Source: a virus
DNA: 64,000 nt
Strand: one strand, 5' to 3'
IMG/VR virus record: IMGVR_UViG_3300025073_000036
Location: 30,887 to 94,886 of that record
Under the pieces are notes generated by a model. The model did not search any database and was not told the DNA's origin. It saw only the letters and a program-made list of their open reading frames with translations. The translations under genes were made by a program, and so were the position numbers. Numbering within the stretch: position 1 is the stretch's first letter; each line of letters begins with the position of its first letter. Below, piece after piece: positions 9,665 to 19,358 of this stretch.

Positions 9665-9867
9665 TCGGCCCCCTCCGCCGGGGGAGCGGTCTCGCCCCGC
9701 GTCGCGCGAATGACCTGGGCGGCGCGGTGGCGCTTGTAGGCCTGCACGGCCGGGTTGATCTCGTGCAGGCCACGCAGGCGACCGGCGGTGCGCTCCAAGG
9801 CCTCGGCGGTGCCGAGCAGGACCGCCTCGCTCACCATCACCGCCGCCGTGATGAGCGCGGCGGTCAC
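9661..9867 (-). CDS. Small hypothetical protein
   Basis: GTGA overlaps at both ends. Confidence 0.5.
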   Translation of the reverse strand: MTAALITAAVMVSEAVLLGTAEALERTAGRLRGLHEINPAVQAYKRHRAAQVIRATRGETAPPAEGAE

Positions 9868-11480
9868 GGGGCCACCGGGGAGACAGGCAGGACGCGGACG
9901 TTGGCCCCGGCCTCGCGCAGCCGATCCGCCACCTCGTCGAGCGGCTGCTCGCCCTTCGGCGCGCGCCCGGGCTGCCGGCGGGTCTCGTCGCCCATGTCCG
10001 ACAGGCCGGGGATCTCGCCGCGCCGGTAGGTCACCCAGCCGTCCGGCCCGCCTTCCTCGCACGCCCGCTTCATCAGGCCGCGCGCGGCGTCGCGCGACCA
10101 CCCGATCTCGCGCAGGACGGCCTCGACCGCCTCTTTGCATCCCACGGCGATGTCGTCCATGACCACGACGCCGTCCGGCCCCATGTCGACCTTGGCACTG
10201 CCGACAGCGCGCAGGTCCGTGATCTCGCACTGTCCGTCGAGGCCATCGAAGCGTCCGAACACGACAAACCGCTGCCCCCCGTTGACCTCGAAATGTTGCT
10301 GATCGGACCCGTCGCCGTCCGTGGCGATCCAGCGGGAGAACAGCGGCAGGCCGCGATGGGCGAGCAGGGCGGCCACGGCCGTTTCGAGCGTCGGGCCGCC
10401 CGCGATGGCATCCGGGGACGGCGCCGCGCTCTCGGCGCTCCCGTCGGGGTCGAACGGCGGGGCCTTGTCCGGGCCGCTGGCGGGCTCGCTGCCGCCACCG
10501 GTGAGCCAGTGCCCCGTCACCGTGCCGCCCGGGTTGAGGAAACCGCGCAGGGCACCCGCCCGACGCGCCCGCGCCCGGTAGCCGGTGTCGGTCTCGTGCG
10601 AGCTGCGCGTGAGATCGGGCAGGACGCCCAGGACGCCCGCGTCGAGCTCGGCCCCGGCCAGCTCGTCGAGGTGGGGGAAGAGATCGTCGGGGCTCTTCGG
10701 CGCGTCCTCGGCCCGATGTGGCTCGATGGCCTCGACCTCGAGATCCGCGCAGCGCAACTGGTCGAGGCCGCTGTGCAGGGCATTGCCCGACAAGCGCCCG
10801 ACGAAGCGGTGCTCGCCGTTGTCCACGGCGTCGATGTGGCCCTTGGCCTCGACGAGCGGCATGGAGCGGAAGGCGTTGCGCAGGGCGGCCACGGCCCGGA
10901 TCTTCTGGTTGGGCGCGCCGTTGAAGCGCCGCAGCCAGATCTCGCGCACGCCGTTGGTGGCCTCGAGGTCTCCGCCGTCGGCGTCGTCGGTCACGCGCGG
11001 CAGGGTCGGGCCGGTGTCGCCGTCGTCGGGGAGCGCGTGCAGGGGGAAGAGGTTGCCCTGCCGGGCCTTGGCCTCGGCCTTGAGGTCGTGCTCGCTGGCG
11101 GGCTCGGTGGCGAGGATCACGCCACGCAGGGCGCCGTCCACGTCCGTGAGGCCCATCACGAAGTACACCCGGCCCCGGTCGCGGTCGATGAACACGTCGA
11201 CGGCCACCTTGCGGGGCTCGGCCCGCTTGCTGACCACGTTCGCCAGGCGCGCGCTTTCGGCCACGAGCTCGTCCGACTGGGCCTTGAGCAGCTTGCGCAC
11301 GCGGGCCGAGTAGTCGTCGTGCACGCCGATCCGGACGTGCTGCATCGCCAGATCCTCGGCGCGCATGACGAACTCTTCGTCGGTGAGGGTGAACTCGTGC
11401 GTGTGCGTGTCCTTGCGAACGCGCACGCCGGGGATGTCCACCGCGTTGAGCCCGGGGGGGAGGGGCGGGGTGATGCTCAT
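9864..11480 (-). CDS. Multidomain protein with two ribosomal bL12 (L7/L12) C-terminal-like domains
   Basis: NQKIRAVAALRNAFRSMPLVEAKGHID...LRCADLEVE and KEAVEAVLREIGWSRDAARGLM...LREAGANV. Confidence 0.55.
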   Translation of the reverse strand: MSITPPLPPGLNAVDIPGVRVRKDTHTHEFTLTDEEFVMRAEDLAMQHVRIGVHDDYSARVRKLLKAQSDELVAESARLANVVSKRAEPRKVAVDVFIDRDRGRVYFVMGLTDVDGALRGVILATEPASEHDLKAEAKARQGNLFPLHALPDDGDTGPTLPRVTDDADGGDLEATNGVREIWLRRFNGAPNQKIRAVAALRNAFRSMPLVEAKGHIDAVDNGEHRFVGRLSGNALHSGLDQLRCADLEVEAIEPHRAEDAPKSPDDLFPHLDELAGAELDAGVLGVLPDLTRSSHETDTGYRARARRAGALRGFLNPGGTVTGHWLTGGGSEPASGPDKAPPFDPDGSAESAAPSPDAIAGGPTLETAVAALLAHRGLPLFSRWIATDGDGSDQQHFEVNGGQRFVVFGRFDGLDGQCEITDLRAVGSAKVDMGPDGVVVMDDIAVGCKEAVEAVLREIGWSRDAARGLMKRACEEGGPDGWVTYRRGEIPGLSDMGDETRRQPGRAPKGEQPLDEVADRLREAGANVRVLPVSPVAP

Positions 11481-11776
11481 GCTTCGCCTTTCGTTCCGTG
11501 CCGGGCGAACTCTTCGACCGGCATGTCAGAGACGGCGCGGATCGGGACACTCAAGGTCCGGCCGTCGAGTGAGACCACAGGTTCATCCGGCCCGGGCTCG
11601 CCGAGCGGGATGAGGTCAGAGAAGAGAAACGGGCTGCCGCAGAGACGACAGAGCACCCGCACTTCGACGGTCATGCCGACCACCCGGCCGTCGTCGGCGC
11701 GGTAGGCGGCGCCCTTGGCCTCGACGTGGACGGCGTCGTGCGGGCACGGCGCGGCAGCATGGGCGGGGCCGTTCAC
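11477..11776 (-). CDS. Hypothetical Zn-binding protein
   Basis: CPH...CRLCG; coupled ORF. Confidence 0.6.
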   Translation of the reverse strand: MNGPAHAAAPCPHDAVHVEAKGAAYRADDGRVVGMTVEVRVLCRLCGSPFLFSDLIPLGEPGPDEPVVSLDGRTLSVPIRAVSDMPVEEFARHGTKGEA

Positions 11777-12465
11777 AGGCCGTGCTCGTGGCAGGTCGAG
11801 TCGTGGCAGGTGTCCGACACGTCGCCGCAGATGTCGCACCACTTCATTGTCCCGTGGCATTGCCCATCGCCCGGGCACGACTCGGCCAGGCGGGCGGCCT
11901 CGCGCTCTTCATCGGCACGGCGCACAACCTGCCGGTGCGAACGCAGGGCCGACTCAATGTTGAGCGCGAGCCAGGACTTGAGCGTGCCCGCAGGCCAGCC
12001 GTGCGCGACGCCGAAGGTCAGATCGGCCCGGGTCTTTCGGTCGGCGGCGGCGGCCAGACGCAGGACGATCCGGCCCTCGACGCTTGGCGTGCCGTCGGCC
12101 TCGGGCGGTGCAAGCTGAAACGGCTCGGCCAACGACCCCAGGATCTCGGCCGTCTCCTGCTCGCCGATCTCATCGGCGTGGGGCGCCTCGACTCCGCACG
12201 GACGAACGTCGGAATGGGCGAGCTCCATCGTCTGCCACAACCGGCGGGCCACCTCGTCGGCCTTCACCCAGGCGGCATGCAACAGCGGCAAGGCCGGCAC
12301 CATGATCGACCGGTCGCTGCGTTCGACGATCCGGCGGGCCTCGTCTTCGGTGTAGAGCCCGGCTGCGGCCACCTCGTCGGTGTAGCCGGACGACTCCGGC
12401 CGCCAGTAGCGGCCCCGGCCCGATTGGTGTTCGGGCAGAACTTCCACGAGAAAGCGCGACATCAC
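11773..12465 (-). CDS. Hypothetical phage protein
   Basis: YWRPESSGYT...AGLYTEDEA N-terminal motif; Cys-rich C-terminus. Confidence 0.65.
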   Translation of the reverse strand: MMSRFLVEVLPEHQSGRGRYWRPESSGYTDEVAAAGLYTEDEARRIVERSDRSIMVPALPLLHAAWVKADEVARRLWQTMELAHSDVRPCGVEAPHADEIGEQETAEILGSLAEPFQLAPPEADGTPSVEGRIVLRLAAAADRKTRADLTFGVAHGWPAGTLKSWLALNIESALRSHRQVVRRADEEREAARLAESCPGDGQCHGTMKWCDICGDVSDTCHDSTCHEHGL

Positions 12466-15383
12466 ATGACCTCGAGCGTGGAGCCGTTGACGCCCGGCCG
12501 GACTTCGACCCGGTGCGGCAGGCAGTCGGCCACAGCGTCGATGTGCGTGACCACGAGCACGAGCGGGTAGAGCCGCTGCAGGCCGGTGACGGTGTCCTTG
12601 AGCGCGTCGATGCCGCTCACGTCCAGGGCGCCGAATCCACCTTCATCGATCAGCAGCCATTCGACGGGCACACCTTCACGGTCGGCCAGCAGCCGGGCCA
12701 AGCCGAGGCGGAGGGCGATGTCGATGCGGAATTGCTCGCCGCCCGAGAAGTCCTCGTATTCACGCTCCCCCACGTCGTCGGTGACCACGAAGCGCATGAC
12801 CTCGCGCTGCCCGCCGTCGTCGGTCGTGGCCTGGGTCTCGATCCGCAGGCGCATGCCGCGCGTGGAGATCGCCCCGAGCACCCGGTTGGCCTCCAGCTCG
12901 AGCACCGGGATCGCTTTCTCGATCACGAGCGTGGGGGCCAGCGCGCAGGCCTCGGCCGTGCGGTCGAGCTGCCGCGCGGTCTCGGCGTACATGGCGGCCG
13001 TCTCCAGCTCGCCCCGGGCCTGCTCGGCACGGCGGGCCACGTCCTCGAGCACGGCCTCGGCCCTGGCGTGCAGCCGCTCGGCCTCGGTGACCGACTTCTC
13101 GGCCGCCTCGCGCGCCTGGCGGGCCTCGCTGGCGGCCGTCTCGGCCACCATGGCGTTCATGGCCTGCTCGTCCGTGCTGCTGGCGCGCTCGACCTCGGCG
13201 GCGCGCTCGGCGCGCTCGGTGTCCAGCCGGGCGATCTGCCGCTCGATGTCACTGCGCTGGGAGACGGCCAGCTCGGCCGCAGCGCGCTTCCCCGCCGTGG
13301 TCTCGCAGCTCGTCACGGCCGCGCGGGCGGCGGTCACGGCCGCTTCGGCGGCGGCCACGTTGGGCACGCCGAGCTCGTCGATCTTGCCGCGCACGCTGGC
13401 ACCCTCGCGGGCGAGGCGCGCCACCTCGTCGGCCTCGGTGCGGGCACGCTCGGCGGCGCCGCGTTTGGCGTCCACCGTGGCCGAGTCGCGCTCGGCCTGG
13501 GCCAGCGCGGTACGGGCGTTGTCGAGCGCGGTGCGCGCCACGCTCTCGGCGTGCGCGGCGGTGCGCCGGGCGGCGGCGGCGGCGGCCTGCCGCTCGCGCA
13601 GCGCGTTGCGAGCGTTCCCCAGCGCCCGACCGGCGTCGGCGTCCAGTCGGTCGGCCGCGTCGTAGGCCTCGGTCGCCTGTCGGACGGCGGCCTGGGCCGC
13701 CTCGTGGGCCGCCTCGGCCTCGGCCAGCTTCTCGCGCGCTGCGGGCAACCCGTCGCGCGCGGCCACCGCGTCGGCGATGAGGGGGCAGGTGCCGGCCAGG
13801 TCACACGACACCTGCCCGATCATCGGGTCCGTTGACATCCACTGAGGGTGCCGGGCGCACGGCGCCTGGGTCAGTCGAGCGGCCGCTTGGGTCAGCCGCT
13901 CGGCGTTGCTCGTCGCCGTGGCGAGCGCGATGTGCGTTGCGTTGCGGGCGTTGCCGGCCTGGATCTGCGCCTGCTGCGCTTCGGTCAGGGCGGCCCGGGT
14001 GGTCGTGGCCGTCGTCTCGTCCACCTGCTCGGCGCGCGCCGCGTCGTCCGCCACCTCGGCCGTGCGCATCGCCGCGCTGGCGGTGTCGAGCGCGCCCTTG
14101 GCCTCGTCCACCTTGACCCGCAGGCCTTCGATCTGCCCGGCCGCCGCTTCGGCCTGGGTCAGCCCGGCCGCTTCGGCGTCGGCGGCCTTCTGGCGGCCGC
14201 TGGCGGCCGTGTAGAGCTCGACGAGGCGCTTGCGCTCGACCACGAGCGCGTCGAGCTTCCCCTGCGCCTCGCGCACCTGCACAAGGGCCGCCTCGGCCTC
14301 GGCCAGCCGCTCACGCACGCCGGGCAGATCGGTCTCGGCCTTCGCTGCCGCGTCCAGCTCCGCCGCCGGCCCGGCCAGCTCGTTGAAGCGGGCACGCGCG
14401 GCGGTGATCTCGCCGTCCAGGGCGGAGATCCGCCGCCGTGCCTCGTCCACGTTGCGGGCGGCCGCCTGCGCCGCTTCGAGGGCCTGCTGCGCCGCCGTGT
14501 GCGCCGCGTGTGCGCTCGCCTCGGTGGTCTTGGCGCACGCGAGGCGCACACGGGAGGCCTCGACCACGCCGGAGGCCTCCTGGGCCAGCAGAGCGAAGAC
14601 CTCCGCCATGCGCGGCGCCTCGACCGCTCCGCCCGTGTTCTTCAACGTGAAGTAGATCACGTTCCACGCGCCTTCATCGTCGTACCGGGCGAGCTCGTGG
14701 CCGTCGGGCGCGCAGGCCAGGACCGGGCGGTCGACGGGCAGCATGGCCCGCAGGCCGGCCGCGATGGTCGCCGCCCGGGCGTTGGCCTCGTCCCGCTTGG
14801 CCGTGGCGTCCCGGGCGCCGGCCCGGGCGCGGTCGAGCCAGACGCGCCAGCGGCCGAGATCGAGCGAGCGACGCAGGATGTCGCGCCGCTCTTCCGGCTT
14901 CGCCCGGGTGAGCCGGTTGGCGTCGTTCTGCATCATCACCGACGCCGCGAGCAGGGTGTCGTACTCGATGCCCAGGATGCGGCGGATCTCCGCCTGCGTC
15001 TCGCGCGCGCCCTTGCCGCTCATCGGCTCCCAGTGCTCGTCGTGCACGCCGTCGACCGGGCTCGTCTCCAGCACCCATCGGTACAGGTCGAGCTCGCTCT
15101 TGGTGCCCGATCCGCGCACGCTGATCTTGCGCACGATCTTGTAGGTCTCGCCGGTGCTGCTGAACTCCAGCTCGCCCACGCAGTCGGTGGCGCCCTTGCG
15201 CACCACGCCGGTGATGCGGCTCGACCGGCTCTCGCCGAACGGCACCCACACGATTCCCTCCGCGAGCGAGCTTTTGCCCGCCCCGTTGGGGCCAGTGATC
15301 ACCGCGCCCGGCATGGTCGTGAAGTCGAGATCCACGTCCGCCCAGGCGCGGTAGTTCCGCAACCGAAACCGCTTCAAACGCAT
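12462..15383 (-). CDS. sbcC: SbcC/Rad50-like SMC ATPase (exonuclease subunit)
   Basis: Walker A GPNGAGKS, Q-loop MQND, long coiled coil, FSGGE signature, LLIDEG Walker B, ALD, VVTH. Confidence 0.9.
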   Translation of the reverse strand: MRLKRFRLRNYRAWADVDLDFTTMPGAVITGPNGAGKSSLAEGIVWVPFGESRSSRITGVVRKGATDCVGELEFSSTGETYKIVRKISVRGSGTKSELDLYRWVLETSPVDGVHDEHWEPMSGKGARETQAEIRRILGIEYDTLLAASVMMQNDANRLTRAKPEERRDILRRSLDLGRWRVWLDRARAGARDATAKRDEANARAATIAAGLRAMLPVDRPVLACAPDGHELARYDDEGAWNVIYFTLKNTGGAVEAPRMAEVFALLAQEASGVVEASRVRLACAKTTEASAHAAHTAAQQALEAAQAAARNVDEARRRISALDGEITAARARFNELAGPAAELDAAAKAETDLPGVRERLAEAEAALVQVREAQGKLDALVVERKRLVELYTAASGRQKAADAEAAGLTQAEAAAGQIEGLRVKVDEAKGALDTASAAMRTAEVADDAARAEQVDETTATTTRAALTEAQQAQIQAGNARNATHIALATATSNAERLTQAAARLTQAPCARHPQWMSTDPMIGQVSCDLAGTCPLIADAVAARDGLPAAREKLAEAEAAHEAAQAAVRQATEAYDAADRLDADAGRALGNARNALRERQAAAAAARRTAAHAESVARTALDNARTALAQAERDSATVDAKRGAAERARTEADEVARLAREGASVRGKIDELGVPNVAAAEAAVTAARAAVTSCETTAGKRAAAELAVSQRSDIERQIARLDTERAERAAEVERASSTDEQAMNAMVAETAASEARQAREAAEKSVTEAERLHARAEAVLEDVARRAEQARGELETAAMYAETARQLDRTAEACALAPTLVIEKAIPVLELEANRVLGAISTRGMRLRIETQATTDDGGQREVMRFVVTDDVGEREYEDFSGGEQFRIDIALRLGLARLLADREGVPVEWLLIDEGGFGALDVSGIDALKDTVTGLQRLYPLVLVVTHIDAVADCLPHRVEVRPGVNGSTLEVM

Positions 15384-15464
15384 GTTGGTCCCCCGACCAT
15401 GAAGTTGTGCGCCGCCGGGCGGCGCCCGCCTGTAGGGCACCGGACAAGCGGCAGGTGCGAGCAT

Positions 15465-15489
15465 TTAGCGCGACGCGCTAAGAAGTCAA
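15465..15489 (-). promoter_or_regulatory. Perfect 17-bp palindromic operator next to a TTGACT -35 element upstream of sbcC
   Basis: TTAGCGCG-A-CGCGCTAA at 15465-15481; minus-strand TTGACT at 15484-15489; -10 element unclear. Confidence 0.6.
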
Positions 15490-15504
15490 CAGGAAAGCGC
15501 GCGG

Positions 15505-15951
15505 TCAGTCGGACCGCGACGACTCGGCGGTGAGCTCGTGAATGGACACGGTGCGCTCCGAGTGGCCGATGCACTCGTTGTCGTAGGTCTGGACGGACGC
15601 GGCCACCCGAATCAGGCCGCGCGCGAAGTCGATGCCGGACCGTGTCGGACGGTAATTGCCGCGCCCTTCGCGCTCGATCAGCCCCCAGTGCACGAGGAAG
15701 GCCAGATCGGTCGAGGCCTTGGTGGCCTTGGCGCTGCCCTGGACAAAGTCGCGCACCTGGCACCACTGGCCCGGCCGCAGCTCGTGAAGGTCCACGAGCC
15801 GCACGAGGTTGATCGCGATCTCACGGTGCAACTTGCGGGTGTAGATCTGCGTGGTGCGCTGGCAGCAGGGGCAGGTCACGGGCTTGCCACCCTCGAGGGC
15901 GACGAAGTGTTCGTGCGAGGCCTCGGCCAGGGTGCGCGGGGAGCTGGACAT
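15505..15951 (-). CDS. Hypothetical Zn-ribbon + winged-helix-like protein
   Basis: CPCC...LVHWGLIER...YRPT. Confidence 0.65.
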   Translation of the reverse strand: MSSSPRTLAEASHEHFVALEGGKPVTCPCCQRTTQIYTRKLHREIAINLVRLVDLHELRPGQWCQVRDFVQGSAKATKASTDLAFLVHWGLIEREGRGNYRPTRSGIDFARGLIRVAASVQTYDNECIGHSERTVSIHELTAESSRSD

Positions 15952-15954
15952 GGG

Positions 15955-16134
15955 TTACCTCCGGCCTCGCAGGATCTCGCGCACGATGGTCCTGGCGTAG
16001 GCCTGATTTTCGCGGCGCAGGCGCCGGACGGTGGCGGTCAGACACATCAGGTCGAGCCGGTGCTCGAAACACCGCCAGGAGAGCCACACGAGGCCCGCAG
16101 CGAGCAGGCCGTGCATCACCTCGGCAAGGTTCAC
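15955..16134 (-). CDS. Small membrane protein
   Basis: Hydrophobic N-terminus; GTGA overlap. Confidence 0.5.
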   Translation of the reverse strand: MNLAEVMHGLLAAGLVWLSWRCFEHRLDLMCLTATVRRLRRENQAYARTIVREILRGRR

Positions 16135-16892
16135 AGATCGTCCGTGTCCAGGCCGGCCGCGTCGGCCAGGTGCTCGACCACGAGGGCCAGATCGGTCGAG
16201 TCCACCTCGACCGTGGGATCGTTGCGGCGCGAGGCACGCAACAGGCGCAGCAGGGCCTCGTGCGTGTCGTCGTCGAGCCGGACGGTGCGTGGGGGCTCGA
16301 CGGTCACGACCGGAAGCGGCGCGGTGGTCGGGCGTCGGTCGGGCCGGGCGTCGGCGTAGACGCGGTCGAAGGCCTCGCGGTTGACCGGATCGCCGCCGAC
16401 CAGCAGCGCAGGGGGGTAGTGGGCCTCGATGCAGCCGGCGGGGTCGAGGCCGACGAACGCACCGCAGGTGCACCGCAACTTCATGCCCGGCGGGCCGTGG
16501 ACAACCCGTATCGGTGCGCCGGAGGCCGGGCAACGTGCTGAATCGCTCCGGGCGGCCGGCGGGCGAGGGGGGCTTCCCGCCGGCCGCCCGTGGGCGAATC
16601 CGATCTGTACGAGCAAGGCCGCCGCTTCGGTGAAGCGGCCGACGTAGGCCGTGTGCGCCCAGCTCCCGAGCGCGCCGCTGTACGTCCACCCCAGGGCCGT
16701 CAGGCCGCGCGCGTGATCCACGCTGCCCGTCCAGTAGTGCAGGCGGTTGCAGGCCGGGCACGGCCGGGCGTCGCAGGGCGGATCGCCGACGTTGTGGCAC
16801 ATGCCGTTGCACTTCCCCACGTCGCCCAGGAAGAGCACGTCGCAGCCGGAGCACTGCCACAGGTTGCGCACGGTCAGGTCAGGCAGGGCCAT
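16131..16892 (-). CDS. Hypothetical Cys-rich protein
   Basis: Several CxxC pairs; GGAGG RBS. Confidence 0.6.
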   Translation of the reverse strand: MALPDLTVRNLWQCSGCDVLFLGDVGKCNGMCHNVGDPPCDARPCPACNRLHYWTGSVDHARGLTALGWTYSGALGSWAHTAYVGRFTEAAALLVQIGFAHGRPAGSPPRPPAARSDSARCPASGAPIRVVHGPPGMKLRCTCGAFVGLDPAGCIEAHYPPALLVGGDPVNREAFDRVYADARPDRRPTTAPLPVVTVEPPRTVRLDDDTHEALLRLLRASRRNDPTVEVDSTDLALVVEHLADAAGLDTDDL

Positions 16893-17658
16893 CGGGCACC
16901 TCCGCCGGGGCCACGCGCACGCCGAAGGCGACGATGTCGGCCTCGTCGAGCATCACAGCGATCCCGGTGAACTCACACTGCCACGGGACCGCCCGGGCCG
17001 CGCAGGCCCGCACGAAGGCCTCGGCGTCGGCCAGCTCGCCCCCGTTCTCGCCCTCGTTCTCGTCGCTGCCGAAATCCTCGCTGAAACGCTCGGCCCACCA
17101 GTCGAGCAGGTCACGAGCTGCGCGCCGGATGTAGTCGTCGTCGATGTCGCGCCGTTCGTAGACGTGGAGCGCGACCGGGCCGGAGACCACGGGGCCGTGC
17201 ACGTCCTCGAGCGCGGCCTGTGGGTCATCCCACATGCGTTCGGCATCGTGCGGGCCATACAGCGGCTCCCAGCCCTGCGCGAGGGCCTGGAAGTCGCGCC
17301 AGGCCACCGTGCGGGTGGGCGCCTTGAAGCCGCTGCCACGACAGATCGGGCAGACCTCGTCCTTGTCGTCCGGGCACGGCGTCCAGCAGCAACCGTTCTT
17401 GCGCTCCGCCGTCTCCTGGCGGCCCCAGTCCTTCGGCTCGCCGTGGACCCAGGCGAACTCGTTTGGCTTCACACCCAGCCGGCCACCTGGCGTCAAAACC
17501 GACACCGCGCCGTAGTGATTCATGTAGGCCAGGTGCTCGGCCGGCTCGGCCACCGCAGTCGGCTTGTCCGGGTTCACCAAGCTGGCCAGAAAGGGGAAGT
17601 CGGCGGTCACGCGCTTGACAAGCCTCACGGTGGGGTTGTTGCGCTTCATCCCTCGCAA
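16879..17658 (-). CDS. Hypothetical protein
   Basis: ORF in operon; CPICRGSG motif. Confidence 0.6.
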   Translation of the reverse strand: MRGMKRNNPTVRLVKRVTADFPFLASLVNPDKPTAVAEPAEHLAYMNHYGAVSVLTPGGRLGVKPNEFAWVHGEPKDWGRQETAERKNGCCWTPCPDDKDEVCPICRGSGFKAPTRTVAWRDFQALAQGWEPLYGPHDAERMWDDPQAALEDVHGPVVSGPVALHVYERRDIDDDYIRRAARDLLDWWAERFSEDFGSDENEGENGGELADAEAFVRACAARAVPWQCEFTGIAVMLDEADIVAFGVRVAPAEVPDGPA

Positions 17659-17831
17659 CCCATCTGGTAGTGACCGCCGCAGGTGGGCGAGCAGAAGGTC
17701 AGTTTACGTCTGCGGACGTACTTCTTTCGCTTTACCTCGTCGAAGGCCAGGTCGGTGATCGTCGTCGTGTGTGGCGTGGCGATGAGCGCGCCGCACTGCG
17801 GACACTTGGCGGGCTGGTTGAGGGCGCTCAC
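17646..17831 (-). CDS. YdaE-like zinc-binding small protein
   Basis: CPQCG...FCSPTCGGHYQMGCEG resembles the Rac prophage YdaE pattern. Confidence 0.6.
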   Translation of the reverse strand: MSALNQPAKCPQCGALIATPHTTTITDLAFDEVKRKKYVRRRKLTFCSPTCGGHYQMGCEG

Positions 17832-19237
17832 GCCGCACCGACCTTCCCGGCCGACCCCTGCTCGGCCGCCCAGTTGCGGATGTTGCCACGGATCGCTTCC
17901 TCGTCCGGGGCGAGGTCGGGGCGGGCGCTGAACACGGCGGAGAGCACACCCTCGAAACCGAGCTCGGTCTGCACGTCCTCGACGCGCGCCCGGTCGGCCC
18001 GGGCCACCTTGCAGCCGTTGGTGATCGTCACCCCGCAGGCCTTGAGCTCGCGCACGAGCCCGGCCACGACCTCGTTCTCGGCCTCGGTGATGCCGTCCCG
18101 GTCGGGCGAGACCACGCGGTAGACCCAGGCCTGGTCGCCCCGCTCCGCCTCGGCCTTGAGCTCGGTCAGGTGGTCGTGCACCTCGTCCGGGTGCAGGGTG
18201 ACAAAGCGGCGGGCGCCCGGGTTGGCGTGGAACTGGCAGGCCCACCGTTCGCGCACCGGCCCGCCATCGTCGGCCACGAACTCGCGCGCGAAGGTGCTCA
18301 CGCCCTTCGGCTGGCCCTCTTCGCCGAAGTCCATGCGGTCGGGGCTGCCGATGTAGCCGTGGGTGAAGAGCATGCCCCGCCCGTCGTCGGTCTCCGCGTC
18401 CTCGACCACGGGCGAGGCCACGGCCTGCCGCTTGTGCAGGTGGCCCCACACGGCCAAGTCGAAGGCGGGGAAGGTGTCGGTCGAGATCGGAGAGTCGGCG
18501 AGCGGCACGGTCTGGTAATCGTTGTATGCCGCGCTGGCGAGCGTGCCGTGCCCGAAGAGGATGCAGGGCGCCCCGGGCGCGACCTCGCGACAGAGCGGCA
18601 CGAGCTGCGCGTGCGCGCCCAGGACGGCGTTGAAGCCGCCGGCCAGCACCGCCGACGTAACAACCACGCTGCCGCTCACCTCCGCCGCCGCCGCCCGGGC
18701 CGGGTAGGGCACGGGGAAGATCCAGGCCTCGACCTCGAGCCCGGCCATCCCGGCCGGGTCGGTGAAGGCCACGGCGGCCAGCCGCCCGTTGACGCCGTCA
18801 CGCACGAGGGCCTGGGGCGCGAAGGTGTCGAGCACGACGACCTCGGCCGGCCGGAGGTGTTTCAGCGGCTCGAGCGCGTGCGTCCCGCTCCCGTTCGGGC
18901 GGTCGTGATTGCCGAGCAGGACGAGCACGAGAACGCCCGCGTCGGCCCACGACGCGAACGACTCCTGCACGACGGCCTCGGCGGCCGGCAGCGGGCGCGG
19001 ATCGGGGTAGACATCGCCGGCCACGAGCACGAGGTCGCAGCGGTTGGTGCGGGCGGTCTGGCCGATCCACGCGAGCGTCTGGCGGGCCTGGGCCAGGACG
19101 AGCGGCCGGCGGGTGGCCCGGTCGACCGGCTGGAGGCCGGCGAGGTTCTGTGTGGCGCTGACGTGCAGGTCGGCGCAGGCGAGGATGCGCAGCTCGCGCG
19201 CGGCCTCGTCAAAGTCGGTGTCAATGGTCTCGTTCAT
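17828..19237 (-). CDS. sbcD: SbcD/Mre11-like metallophosphoesterase nuclease
   Basis: ADLH, AGDVY, GNHD, FGH, WGHLH, YIGSPDR motifs. Confidence 0.9.
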   Translation of the reverse strand: MNETIDTDFDEAARELRILACADLHVSATQNLAGLQPVDRATRRPLVLAQARQTLAWIGQTARTNRCDLVLVAGDVYPDPRPLPAAEAVVQESFASWADAGVLVLVLLGNHDRPNGSGTHALEPLKHLRPAEVVVLDTFAPQALVRDGVNGRLAAVAFTDPAGMAGLEVEAWIFPVPYPARAAAAEVSGSVVVTSAVLAGGFNAVLGAHAQLVPLCREVAPGAPCILFGHGTLASAAYNDYQTVPLADSPISTDTFPAFDLAVWGHLHKRQAVASPVVEDAETDDGRGMLFTHGYIGSPDRMDFGEEGQPKGVSTFAREFVADDGGPVRERWACQFHANPGARRFVTLHPDEVHDHLTELKAEAERGDQAWVYRVVSPDRDGITEAENEVVAGLVRELKACGVTITNGCKVARADRARVEDVQTELGFEGVLSAVFSARPDLAPDEEAIRGNIRNWAAEQGSAGKVGAA

Positions 19238-19358
19238 GGTGTTCCCCTTGTCGAAGTTGGTGCCGGTCTCTCCCCGGCAGTCACGCATGGTTGAGCGGCC
19301 GCGTTCCCTGGATCGCCCTCGGCCTCGCGGCGTCACCGGGCGATGCGTGTCCCGTCGC

